DNA of 63,901 nt, counting the filler, from Aduncisulcus paluster (Eukaryota): assembly GCA_024181965.1 (NCBI GenBank). It is 6 parts of 6 records of this genome, joined end to end, with 100 filler letters (N's around TTAATTAATTAA, not from the genome) between each part and the next. Parts side by side here need not be neighbours in the genome. Positions count along the whole stretch, not along the records: positions 10,457 to 37,933 come from BQXS01011173.1; 5 more parts are not named here. One strand, 5' to 3'. Below the pieces are notes generated by a model. It saw only the letters and a program-made list of their open reading frames with translations. It made no database searches and was not told the origin of the DNA. Of the stretch, positions 10,458 through 24,400 are shown in pieces. The position numbers and the translations under genes are program-made. Position 1 is the first letter of the stretch. The number at the start of each line of letters is the position of its first letter.

Positions 10458-13400
10458 ATTCAATACCTTTTAGCTTCGATTTTCATATGCCTCATGCCAA
10501 ATGGAGAAGTAATTGATTTACCTTGTACTGTTGCCCAAGAGTTTTATTATTCCATGAATGTAATTATGGCAATTTTACGACAATCTATGCTCAGAAATGT
10601 ATTTTCAAGCTCTTTTCTAATAGCCTTCCGTCCATTTATTCGAAAATGTCTTCAGAACACTGTAAATCCTATTTTGGGCACTCAATGTTCACTATTTTTA
10701 GCAGAGCTCTCAAATTTCACAAATCATGATATTGATTTCTTTCAGTGTCCCGACTTACCCGATCGTATTGCGCAGATGTCGCCCTATGTGTTTAGTTCAT
10801 TTGTTTTCGTGATTAATAGCTGTTGCACACAGAAATCGGTCTTTGATATTGGATCCGACACCATAGATATCCTTAAAGATGGCCATAAAGATAGAGCTTT
10901 CCTTCGTCCATTTGGTACAACAATATCCCACCGTAATTTCTCTCTTCTTGCTGAAGTAGCGCCAAGGTTGTGTTACATGCTCGTAACGTTGATGTATTTG
11001 GCTATAAGAAAAGGAATTGAAGGCGAAGCCCTGGATGAATTGAAGAGGAAACGTGACAAGACTTTCAAAGAAAAACAATTCATGAGGGATTTTGAATCTA
11101 TCCAACTCCAACTCAGCACAATTGTCAGTGATATCTCATCCGTGTCTGCATACATGCCTGATTCGTCCATTCTTAATAATTGGGAGTCGATTCACGCAAT
11201 AGCTTCGTATATCGGTGATGATTATTTCCCAATCAATCTACCCGATATTTTTTCTTTCTCAATGGAGCTATTAAAAGAAGCAACAGAAGTTCAGCCCCAA
11301 TCATTATTTACAACGGTTGGAATGCTATTATGTTCGAAGCAAAAGAACGTTTTTATTCCACATTTTATTAACGCTGGAATAATCAGAGTCTTTTCCGTTG
11401 TTCTGAATAAGCTCTGGTTAGATATTGAGAATGTTATGGAGATATTGAATTACCACCGTCAAAAATATTGGAATTGGTGGTGGGATACAAAATATTCTAA
11501 AGAAAAAGAGAGAGATTCGCAATCTTCAAAGCATTTTTCAATAATTCCACCCTACCCTTCTCATACTCCTCCCTTTTCTCTCCCTCTTCTCTCTTTCTTT
11601 TCTCCTCTATTTCCTCTCACCCTCTCTCTCTTCCTTCCGATTTTATCTGCCCCTCATGTCACTTCATCTTTGCATTGTCTTTATTACCTCTGGGGCTGTG
11701 TCAGTTGTGGAAATATCGACGAATTTTGGTGGATGTCGCCCAATGACAGAGAAAAAATCTCGAAAGCGGGGGGAAAAGCAAAAGAAAAGAAGAAAGAGGA
11801 TTGCCTCCATCAAGATACAGCCCGTCTTGAAAGAGAAATGCTTCGTGAAGCCCACGGAACATATGATTATCATTCCTCGACTCAAGATATTCGAAATACA
11901 CAAACTTTCGAACGAGATCACAAGGTTTCTGAAGATATTAATGATCGTGCTCGTGATGTTTTCCCTTTTCCAATAGCTCACTTAAATGAAATACTTCATG
12001 GAAATACCCAACAATCAGACTCTCTTGACTCATATCAAGGTAAAGAAGAAGAAATAACAACAGAAAACCCCCAATCCACTTCATATTATGTTCCTCCGCA
12101 AATTCCATTCAATTTAACCTTTTCTCATTCAGAACAATCGTTGTTTACGATTTTAACGACCTTATATCCAATATCATTGCCGATAACATTGTCAATGAGT
12201 GGAAATATGGAAGATCTATTTTTAGCTATTTCTCAAACAAAAAAGAAAGAATATTATTATTGGCTTAGTGCAGATGACTTTAAAGAATACGACTCTCATT
12301 TCGGAAAAGAGAAATTCTTTGAGCATATTTCCCCCCCTGAATCTCTCCCTGAATTTAAGAACTTAGTCAGCACAGTAGGCGTTGTAACGAGATTTATTTC
12401 TCTTGCTGTGACATCCATGTACAGGGGTCGGGGCGGGCGTGGATGTTTTTCATTATCTTCTCTTCATGGTGATACTGATTCTTACAGTTCTTCTCATACC
12501 TCATCTAAAAATACATCTTATTCGATGAATTTTGATCGAAATTATGGTCAGAAACTCTCATCAGAGGATATTGGCTCTGAGAAAGATACGCTTGGTCTCG
12601 AAGGAAGTACTAGAGCTGTTCTAGAGTGTGTCTTAGAGTGGCTTATGGCTGGCGATGCATCCGATTGGTCTGATATTTCATGTTTAGAAGCCAAATTCTC
12701 AACAAAAGGATCATCAAGAAATCAAAAAAATGTTGGAAGAAAAGAAAAAGAAAATGAAAAAGAGGAGGAAGAGGAAGAGGAAGAGGAGAGAAAGGAAATT
12801 GATTTCCCTGGCCTGATTTCTAGTTATGGCCACGAGGGACTCGCAAAGTTTTCAAAAATATTGCACAAATTTGACCCAACCTTTGTTTCAAAACAGTTTG
12901 ATCCGAAAAATGACCATTTATGGCGATCTGTTCCAGATGATTCGACGAATGTTTGGGAAAAAGAAAAAGGAAAAGAAAAAGATGTTGACATTGATTACTC
13001 ATTGCGTGTTCCGATTGTTCAACTTGACGACGATGTAACACTACGTGGACGTGGAGAATTCTATTCGAAAAGTCATGATCATCTTGTACACAGATTGGAA
13101 CGAATGGTCGATCTCATTCGTTTTGGCCAGCAAGATATTACGAACTTTTCTCAAATTAAAGACAAAGACAAAGAACATGGAAATAACATAGCACTTTTTG
13201 ATAAAATACGTCAATTTTTTACCCAACCTAAGCATGTAGAACACAATCCAAACCAATCTGTGTTATATTGGCTTTATGAGGTTGCAAAAACAAAGAGATC
13301 TCAATTAAAAAAGAAAGAAAAAGAAGAATTGGATTCACCCTTTTCTCGCTTTGTTTCATCATTTTCCTCTCCTTCTCTCTCTTCTTCTTATTTTGACTAT

Positions 13401-15186
13401 GCTCAAACTCAGTCTTATTCATTTCCTGAGACAAAACCCTCTCCTCTCTCATCTCTTATTTTATCAACTGGAATGAGTCAATCTCTCTTTGATCTGCTTG
13501 GATTATTGCTCCACACTGATTTCTCCACTCTGGATTCTATTTTGGGAATCATTGGTGCCACTGGTTTTTCTCATTTAATGAAGAATGCCTGTCTTCGTCC
13601 CGTTGAGAGTGCTGTATTCATCCGGCATTCGTTCATGAGTGCTTTGTGGCCATATGGATATCATGGAAGTCGTTCACCATCATGCATGGAAATGGGCAAA
13701 GAAATGGGCAGTTTAAATAGTGATTTGTTCCGACCATATTTTCTTCCCGTTCTTTTCTCTCTTGCCTCCGCTCTTCCCCCTTCTTCGCTGAAGCAAGATA
13801 ATTTGTGCGTGCTGAATACATTTATTGTTTTATTGATGCTCCTGCAAAAGGGAAGGATCGGTTTTCTTATTCCATCTAAAAATAGAACTTCTAAAAATAG
13901 AACAACATATAAAAATGAAAAACAACAAGATAAGGAAGATAAAGAAGGTGGTTTGTTAACTCCAGATTCATTTAGCGATTGTATTCTCAGATCAAAACTA
14001 AAAAAGATCGAAATAATTCCTTTTCCCGAGGGCTCGATCCATCAATTTAGTGAAAAAGAATGGAATGATCAAATTAAATTGTTATTTGAACCGATCGGTT
14101 TTCTTATTCCATCTAAAAATAGAACTTCTAAAAATAGAACAACATATAAAAATGAAAAACAACAAGATAAGGAAGATAAAGAAGGTGGTTTGTTAACTCC
14201 AGATTCATTTAGCGATTGTATTCTCAGATCAAAACTAAAAAAGATCGAAATAATTCCTTTTCCCGAGGGCTCGATCCATCAATTTAGTGAAAAAAAATAG
14301 TGATTTGTTCCGACCATATTTTCTTCCCGTTCTTTTCTCTCTTGCCTCCGCTCTTCCCCCTTCTTCGCTGAAGCAAGATAATTTGTGCGTGCTGAATACA
14401 TTTATTGTTTTATTGATGCTCCTGCAAAAGGGAAGGATCGGTTTTCTTATTCCATCTAAAAATAGAACTTCTAAAAATAGAACAACATATAAAAATGAAA
14501 AACAACAAGATAAGGAAGATAAAGAAGGTGGTTTGTTAACTCCAGATTCATTTAGCGATTGTATTCTCAGATCAAAACTAAAAAAGATCGAAATAATTCC
14601 TTTTCCCGAGGGCTCGATCCATCAATTTAGTGAAAAAGAATGGAATGATCAAATTAAATTGTTATTTGAACCATCTTCGTATTCAGAATATCGATTTATT
14701 AAAAATATTCTCAAACTTATTGATTTTTGGATGTTATTTTATTACATGCGAGGAAAAGATGTAATTCTTTTCCAGCAAACTATTCTGGTTCCTTTTTCTG
14801 AGTTCCATATGATAATTCAACAGTTATATGTGTCATTAAATGACATTCTTGATGAATATAACACTCGACAACAGTCCAAGGAGGAGAAGAAAGGTAAAAA
14901 GGAGTTTGTTCCTTTCCGGCATTCTCATCTCTGGAAAATTCATAGGATCGATGGTGATCGAAAGGAGGGGAAAATTGAGGGAGAAAAGGAATATTTTGAG
15001 CAATTGACGAGGAAATTTGACGATTCTTGTGTGCTTAGTGGGTGTTGTGGCTCCAAATTTGGTGATTCTTATCGAAATCTGTGGGAAGATTATTCATGGG
15101 AAAATTCAGATTTCTTGTATTCATCTCACCATCGCGGGAGTATTAACTATTTGTGGACAAGTGTTCCACCTTTTTTGGGAGAGTGA
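10458..15186 (+). CDS. Large hypothetical protein, probably 5' partial, ~1370+ aa after removing a 580-nt assembly duplication
   Basis: Frame is open from the gap. ORFs 10494-14300 and 14287-15186 overlap through exact copies (from 13716 and from 14296), and collapsing them restores the frame. No recognisable domain. Confidence 0.8.
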
Positions 15187-15406
15187 TTGTTCCTGGATTG
15201 CTTCAAAAACATTTGAAGATCTTCGAAGCGCAATTTTTTAATTTTTGACAAGCTCTGACCATAATCTATATTCAAATAAAACCAGTTATTCTCGTTTCAA
15301 CTCATTACTTCATTTTACAGTAACGGCACTCTGAACGTTTTTTTCAAAGTAACTCTGAATTGCCCTTGGACAAACCAAAGTGAATCTATCGATGAAAGTA
15401 TCCGAA

Positions 15407-18400
15407 TTATTCGATGGTCTGATAAGTATCACCATTTTGAGACGTTATTTTCTTCCCCTTTCTATTCTTTCTGGTCAAAATAACAATAATACAAATAAGT
15501 ATTCCCAATCCACAACAGAATAAACAGCCTGAAAGTACATATTTCTTCCAAGCTTCGCTATCTTTAACACTTGGCAATGAGAAGATGAAGAAAGCTCCAT
15601 TACCAGAAATTGATAGCTCCAAGGCACTGATCTCATTGTTCCATACAGTTTTATCCACCTGAGTTATACTCAGATTAGAATATTCCCCAGTATCCGATGA
15701 TATAATGATTTGAGCAACATAATAATCTCTTTGCTCTGAATATTCTGCATCAATATTATTGTTTTTGTCATATAAATGAATAATATTATGATTTGAATCG
15801 TAATTAATCTCAGAATATGCAGCGAAAACGAACAAATTCGAGAGAATATCAATAGTATCAATTTGACTTGAATAATAACCATCAAGAAAATATGTCAAAA
15901 GATCATTAAAAGAGGATTCAAATTCAAATATAGACACAAAAACCGATGAAGAATAAAATAAGTCAAAAGTACCAGCCAAAGAAATATCGGATATGATCTC
16001 CTTATAATCAATAGAAAACCCAATATTTTCAAGATTGGACAAAACAATATTTTGAGAAAAATAAGATAATGTGGAGTTATAATAGATATATTCATGATCA
16101 GAATCGATCCCAACATTCCAGATTGAAAAAGTATCACTCACATAAGTTAATAGGGAGAAAATGGACAAAAATCTCTCCAATAATTTCAAATCATCTTCCG
16201 TAGAATCAAATAACACGAGAGAATGTGATAAAACAGAGTCAAAAAACAATAAGAAATAATCTGAATCCTTTTCGGAAATATATTCACAATTTCTTGGGAA
16301 ATATGTTATTATTTCTGTGAAAATAGGGATTATTCCTGCTCTACAAAGTATTATTATTGTTGATATTGGAACATAGTCAAAAAAAGAGACATAAATGGAC
16401 GAAGAATAAGTCGATAAGTATGAGTTAATTAACACTAAATCATCTTTGAAGAGAGTTTTCGCCATCTCATACTCCAGCTCAACACGATCAAAGATATCCA
16501 GAATTGACGGGAAGAAATTGATGAAAATTTCATAAATATGGAGATTATCCAGTGATGATAAATCAAGAATATCAATATCCAATTGTGTGAATATGGTTAG
16601 AATCGACAGTAAACCATGGGCACCTTGAGCAATACTTTGAGCATACAAATCATAAATATCCTCGGAAATATCGGATTCTGATCCAAAAATAGCTGTGCAT
16701 TGTCGAATTCTTTGGGCCGAACGTATTGCGGATTGAGAATAATCAGCAAAAGTCCAAATAAACCTCTGAAATTCCTCAATATAGCGAGGAGAGCGAAGAT
16801 TAATCATATCTGTAATAGATCTTTCAATTTTAAAGAGGATAGAAGCCAAATAGATTTGATTTTGACGGAGTACAGAATTCAATTCTTCAACCAACTTGCT
16901 GCATATAGAGGTCGAAATATCATCTTCTTCGCCAAAAGTAACATTATAATGTGGTGGATATGTGAAATAGAAATCATTTTCAAACGTTACATTCTCACCA
17001 GATGGAACAGAAACCTCAATCTGAAGCAATACGGTTTCTTGCTCATTTGTGCTTGTCAAAAGTTGTTTTTCGGTTAGTGAGGAACAAGGAATATATAGAT
17101 TCAATGAAGAATCAATGGAAGATGATGTCAACCGGTGGAAATGGTCTTCTCCAACATATTGAGCCAAAGCAGAGAGGAAATATGATGGTCCATACAAAGT
17201 TCGAGAATTATTTGGCAAAGATATCCACAATGATGGCAAAGATTCAGTTGGAAATACTTTTATGAGCATTGAAGGGTCAGATGAACAGGAGAATCCGTTA
17301 ATTAAATCGAACTCAACGTCTTCTTGCGGACAACTTGACGACATATCAAGAACATTTGTGTATTGAATATCGTAATGCCCACACACAAAAGGTGAAGATT
17401 CTGATCCATAAGCAGAAGTGCCATTATCCAGGGTTTGATGGTACGACAGTTCATTACCATCGAGAAAAATGATTTTTTCCACAGTGACAATGTGATTTAG
17501 CGAAATGGATTCGACATATTTTCCTTTAGAATTGTCCTGAGTGATGTTGTAAAATGACACATCCAACGAAAATACCAATTCGTCAGCCAAAATCAGTTGA
17601 AGAAGACTCTCAATCTTTTGGGCAGAAATAGAAAGAGTGCCAATCGAAATCAAATTGCTCTTAACATAGTTCACAAAGTCCTCCGATTCAATATCATCCA
17701 AATTCCATTCAAATTCAACATAATATTCAGATAAATCGCCATTCAAAGAAGCAATCAATTCTAAATTCTGGCCCAAGGATATAATATTAGGGCCTTTAAT
17801 TGCTAATTTGGCCATCACATGAATAGATTCGGTTGGAACTCCAATTCTATACTGTTCATTGGGGAATATGGAATTAAAATCAAAATTTTGAGGAATATCT
17901 CTGTCATCACCATCCATCACAGCTATTTCGAATGAGAAAGTGTGAGGATCAATGGAAGAATCTGAAGTGTTATGGGTAAAAACCTCCATGACATATTGTT
18001 GTCTTTCTAAAACTATTTTTGGAACATAAAATGAGAAAGAAGATCCAATTCCATAATATATCAATTCCATTGTATTTCTTCTTATTATTTTCCAGGCGAA
18101 TTCAATATCATCTTTCTCATACCAAATGGTATTTGTCTCAAATAACAGAGTAGATCCAGGATAAACCAAATAATCACTAAGAATAGAATGAGAAACATTC
18201 TGAGCATTGTCAGTTGAATCATACAACGATGAATCTTCCTCATCATCATCAAAATAGTTTGTGCATGCAATTTCCACTCTAATTGAAGGCTGAACAACAG
18301 AGAAAGATGTTGAAATAATCTTTCTTGGAGTAACATCATCTGATTTGAACAGGGACGCGACACAAGAGTATTCTCCGAGATACAATGAGTCAGATGGCAT

Positions 18401-21400
18401 TGTCAAAAAAACTCCAGATCCTGTAAATTCATGATTTTCATCATTATTGATACATAACCAAGTAATTGAGTAAAAAATGTCCAAATCAAACTCGAAAGTA
18501 GAATCATCCATGAAACACCTCAAAAGATCAAGAGAAGTGGCCATGAATAGAGGAGAATTTAAGCTAAGCTGTGATATCGGTTTAATGAGTCGAAATATCT
18601 CAGTTACACCCGACAGCAAGAAATCGACGGAATATACCTTTTCTTCACTCCAAATAGCATCAAAAATACTCTTTGCTTGCACAATAAAGTCCAATGATGT
18701 GATGCCATATTGTGAATATAGTTGGAATAAAAGGGCATGAGGAATCTTAATCGGTTGAGGAATATTAGAACAAGATGTCATATCAGATGGCAAATCAGTG
18801 ACAAGAGCATTTTTTACAATTGAATTGACAGTTTCAAGTTCTTCTCGGTCTTCATCCCAATCAAGACTCAATTGTCCCATAATCAAATTAAAACCCCATC
18901 CAACCCCAAAAAGTCCAGAAAAGTCAATGATTAAAGAGTGATCAAGATTACAAACATCAGTTTCATCCGGAATAAGATAATCTCCCAATACAAGAGGTTT
19001 CTGAGGAAGGAACAAATCCCTATTCAAGGTCACAATTATTTCATCTTCACCATGAAATTGTGTTACTCATCTTCGTATTCAGAATATCGATTNNNNNNNN
19101 NNNNNNNNNNNNGGCATGAGGAATCTTAATCGGTTGAGGAATATTAGAACAAGATGTCATATCAGATGGCAAATCAGTGACAAGAGCATTTTTTACAATT
19201 GAATTGACAGTTTCAAGTTCTTCTCGGTCTTCATCCCAATCAAGACTCAATTGTCCCATAATCAAATTAAAACCCCATCCAACCCCAAAAAGTCCAGAAA
19301 AGTCAATGATTAAAGAGTGATCAAGATTACAAACATCAGTTTCATCCGGAATAAGATAATCTCCCAATACAAGAGGTTTCTGAGGAAGGAACAAATCCCT
19401 ATTCAAGGTCACAATTATTTCATCTTCACCATGAAATTGTGTTACTCTATCAACAACATTTGTATTTAGAACGAAATAGAGATCAGGACCTATCCAAGAT
19501 GAAAACCCTGGGTGGATGGAGAAAGAATAACCATCAACAGCTTTGAAGCATGATGATTCAGCGTTGAATAACTTTGTACAAGTCTTATCTTCATCACAAA
19601 ACCCATAATAATCAGAATGAATCATATCAGCACAGTCAACATTCCTTGTAGAGTTGGAATAACCTTTCAGAGATACAGGATTCTCAAAATAGATAACAAA
19701 CTTAACTTGGTCTAATAATATTTCAACTTGAGAAACAACCGGAATATCAATCACATCACAAGATATTCCGGAATATCCATCCTGACACTCACAACCCCAC
19801 TCTCGGCAAGCTCCATAAGGAAGACAATTATTCTTGCATTGACAGTATTGCCCATAGTAATTATCTGGACAAATACAAACTGTTCCAGCCTTGATGCCAT
19901 TTATACATTCCTCAGGAGTGGTGTAATCAAGACATTCATCTCCAGAGAAGTATTCATTACACACACATAATCCAGTTTCATTGTCACATTCACCTCCTCC
20001 ATTCTTGGAATTACAATCAGTCTCCACTGAACCTTCTGAATCATTCGAAGTACTTGGGATTGAGCATTGTTGAAGACTACAATCATCTCCAGAGAACCCA
20101 TCAACACAATTACATTCTCCTAAGAAGCAAATACCCCCATTCTCACACGATGGACTACATTTCATTGATGGAACAGATACTGAACATGCAGTTCCACAAT
20201 ATCCTTCATCACACAAACATTCCTGCAATCCAGTATATAAATCCCCAGAACAAGTTCCATGACCATGGCATGAATTGAAGAAAGAGCAAGTGGGGACATC
20301 ACAAAAATTATCATCTGATCCAGACACACTATTATCAGTAGTCCATCCACCAACACATTCTTCACACTGACTTCCACTGAATCTGATTCCACACTTACAA
20401 TATTCAGAATTCGAATCATCGAGAACACATTCACCGAATACACAAGGATCTGAACATTCCCGAGAAGAGATATTGAGTGTAGCTGAAGAAGTTTGACTGA
20501 CTATATGAACAGAAAATTCAGTATAGCCCACATCTTCCTCCGTGGATTCAATGCACAATGCAGATAATTCTTCTTGGAACAGCGAATAACTTGGGAGATC
20601 AATGGAAGGAACGTCAACTTTTCCTCCCAAAGAGGGTCGAATTTTGGCAGAAAAATCCTCAAAGCCTTGAATTTTATAATTTAAGTCGATGTCACCATTC
20701 CGGAATAAAATAACATCAATGGAAAGAGAAAGGGTCAAAGTTTCCAAATTTGAGGAAATAATTATTTTTTCGTGGCAGCAAAAACAGTCAGATCCTGTAA
20801 AAGATCTTGAATCATTAAAAGAAATATCGTATTCCATCGCAATTGAGGAATTAACCGGAATAATATAACCAACTTCAGAATCATTTTCATCTAATAATAG
20901 AATCTTCCCTAAAACGAACTGAATTGAGTAAACTGGCGATTCATAGAAAGGAAATGCCCAAAAAGGACTTAAATCAACATTACACTCGGTTTTCGTTCCA
21001 CATTTATCCTTTGAAAATGAAGCAACTGATCCCACAATTCCATCAATATCCATGCCAGGCAGATATGTCACATCTTTATCCAACATCCGAGAAGAATATG
21101 ATTCACTACAATCGAAATCAATCTCATAGTTTGGAATAGTGTCGTCACAAGAATCTGTTTCGACTGAAAGTGATTCTGGCATCACAATACGACAAAAAGA
21201 ATGTTGATCAATGAAAGAAGAATCAGTATCAACCAGATAACTCCAAGATATCTCAGTACTTCCACATTCATTCACAACGGATTCATAATCAACTTCTGTG
21301 TGAGGATGAAGAAAAGAACTTTGATTTAACCCGAATGTATATCCAGATATATTCAGAGAGGATCCACTTGCCGATAACACACTGCTCAAGATGTCTGAAT

Positions 21401-24400
21401 CTGATATATTAACAACACTATCTACACCTGTGATCACTTTACATATTGTTTCTTCACTTTCAGTTCCCCACATGTTGCCATTGTATTTTAATGTTCGAGT
21501 GACGGATGCAGGAATAGTGACATCATCTACATTTCCCTCTATTTCATCATCAAGAGTTGTTGCCTGAGTGACATACGAACTCACATAACAGCCGCAAATT
21601 GCAGCATCATTGTTGAAGGCATCACACCAGAGATCTGAGCANNNNNNNNNNNNNNNNNNNNTGTCTGAATCTGATATATTAACAACACTATCTACACCTG
21701 TGATCACTTTACATATTGTTTCTTCACTTTCAGTTCCCCACATGTTGCCATTGTATTTTAATGTTCGAGTGACGGATGCAGGAATAGTGACATCATCTAC
21801 ATTTCCCTCTATTTCATCATCAAGAGTTGTTGCCTGAGTGACATACGAACTCACATAACAGCCGCAAATTGCAGCATCATTGTTGAAGGCATCACACCAG
21901 AGATCTGAGCATTTATCCTGGCAATTTGGACGGACACATCCTTCTCTCTCATCGCCCCAATAAGCAAGGGAGCATGTGTCACATGAATCCCCTTTCCAAT
22001 GATCCTCACAAACACATTGAACATTTCCATTGTTCATAGTGATAGAGCCGTTCACACATGTTATCGGATATTCTTGAATAAAATCCTCAATGTTATCTAC
22101 AAAAGGAGCAAATGATATCACAGAACCTGCCTGATAGACCTCTCCAGAGGATATCAGTGTGGTTTCCCTATTCACCAATAAAATATCGGTGTAAGAATCC
22201 AGAATATTTGAGGAAGGATAATATATATAAATAGATCCGTTCTCACAAAGAATCAAGCATACAAAGTTATTCTTGGATACATCATGTTGACAAATCTCAA
22301 ATACAAGCAAATCGTTATCAAAAGACATCGAATAATCAATAGAAATAAAGACAGATGGATCAAATATTCCAACAATTGCAAAATATTCATCAACATGGTC
22401 TTCAATTTCAACATAAGGAATAAATTGAACTGATCCATCATCGTTGGAAATAGAGATTAAGTCGGCAAATATCCCACAAAAAGGGAAGAAAAATGGAATA
22501 CTGAACAGGAATGATTCATCTCCAGAAATAGAATCATTGAGAAACTCTTGAAATGTAAAATCTTCTTCAGAACTTGGAGAATATACTGCCACTTTGTATG
22601 TCAATGTTGAAAGTTGGAAATAGAGAGTTAAAGTGTCAGAATTAGGGTAAGGAGGATTTATAATCTCAATAACACCACTCGTGCCATAATAGCTCTCATC
22701 AGAATCTCCAATAATATTCTCCAACATATCACTGAGAACGAATGAATCCATATCGGTAGTGATCGAAGAGCCAAATAATTTCACACGAGCAGAATTATGC
22801 ACCAAAATATTTGTACTATCAATATCTCCACCGTATATATCAATATTTGCATCAGAGTCAACCATTATTGTACAAAAAGGCCCATCTGAGTAAGATATTT
22901 CTCCTTCTTCTCCTTTTTCCACTTCGAACATATAATAGTTCACATCACATGTTGATACATAATTCTGAGCAAAAGGAGAACATTTTGATAGATAATCGTG
23001 ACCCCAAATACTTGTATCTTGGTCAGCACAGTGATCATACGAACATGAATTTCCATAATGAGCTGAAGAACAAGAACATGAATTTAACCCAGTTCTCGAG
23101 AATAACTCCTCTCCGTTCGAATTTGTAACGTAATTGCCAATTTCAATAATACCAAATGAACACCCAGAAACAATGCCTTCTGTGGTCAAGAAGTCTAGAG
23201 ATGCCTCCGATTCCTCGTTTCGATAAGGCGAGAAACTAAACATGCACGGATACGTAAGNNNNNNNNNNNNNNNNNNNNATACATAATTCTGAGCAAAAGG
23301 AGAACATTTTGATAGATAATCGTGACCCCAAATACTTGTATCTTGGTCAGCACAGTGATCATACGAACATGAATTTCCATAATGAGCTGAAGAACAAGAA
23401 CATGAATTTAACCCAGTTCTCGAGAATAACTCCTCTCCGTTCGAATTTGTAACGTAATTGCCAATTTCAATAATACCAAATGAACACCCAGAAACAATGC
23501 CTTCTGTGGTCAAGAAGTCTAGAGATGCCTCCGATTCCTCGTTTCGATAAGGCGAGAAACTAAACATGCACGGATACGTAAGATTGGCGAATGATATCAC
23601 ATCTGCTGATATTGAATTGGAATACACAATTGGTTGGCTTAACGTTGTAAAAACAAGGGAATGTTCATGAGATGATGAGATATTCGAATGTGAATATGAA
23701 TTATTGATATTAATTGCAGAAACAATGACAACTCCTCCAGAATATCCAATGAATATACCCATTATCGGATAAAATGAAACTTGTTCTTCCTCTTCAGACG
23801 AATCACCAGAATCTGTTCCAAATTCGGAATGGCTATGTTGTAATATAAACCAAGTCCCTTTCTCAGACTTTCCAACACTCGAAGAGAAGGAAGGAGTATC
23901 AAAAATGCTTTGATTCAAAGTAACATTTTCTAATAAGACCCAATTTCCAATAATTAGATCATAATCCTCTTCTAACATCAACCCTTCAATAGAAATATCG
24001 AACAATTCTCCCTTCAAATCGTGAAATTCTACTCCAATTGTAAGATGTCCATATTCACTATCTTCCCCTTTCCACTCCTCAAAAGGAATGAAATAAGAAA
24101 TTTCAACTCTTTCTTCTTTTACCACTGATGGAAGCTTATTAGAGAGCTTCACCAATAGAGATTTTTTCTCCTCAGATGTCACACCGATGATATATTTATC
24201 AATATTATAAGTATTTGAGGAATTATCTGAATCATCCATATCTGGCAACAATTCAATAATGGATATGTTGGCCTCAATGGCAGATTCCAAATTATGTCCT
24301 GTGAAGAAAGGAATATAATGCAACGTGAAAGGATTTCCATTGTAGTGATCAACAATAAATTCCTCAATTACAATACCAGTTGTGATGGATGGAGATGTTA

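Noticed and set aside
13716..14672. Tandem coding repeats and a frameshift in the large orphan
   Set aside because: Exact duplicates; a 580-nt collapse restores the frame, matching the artefact pattern seen elsewhere.
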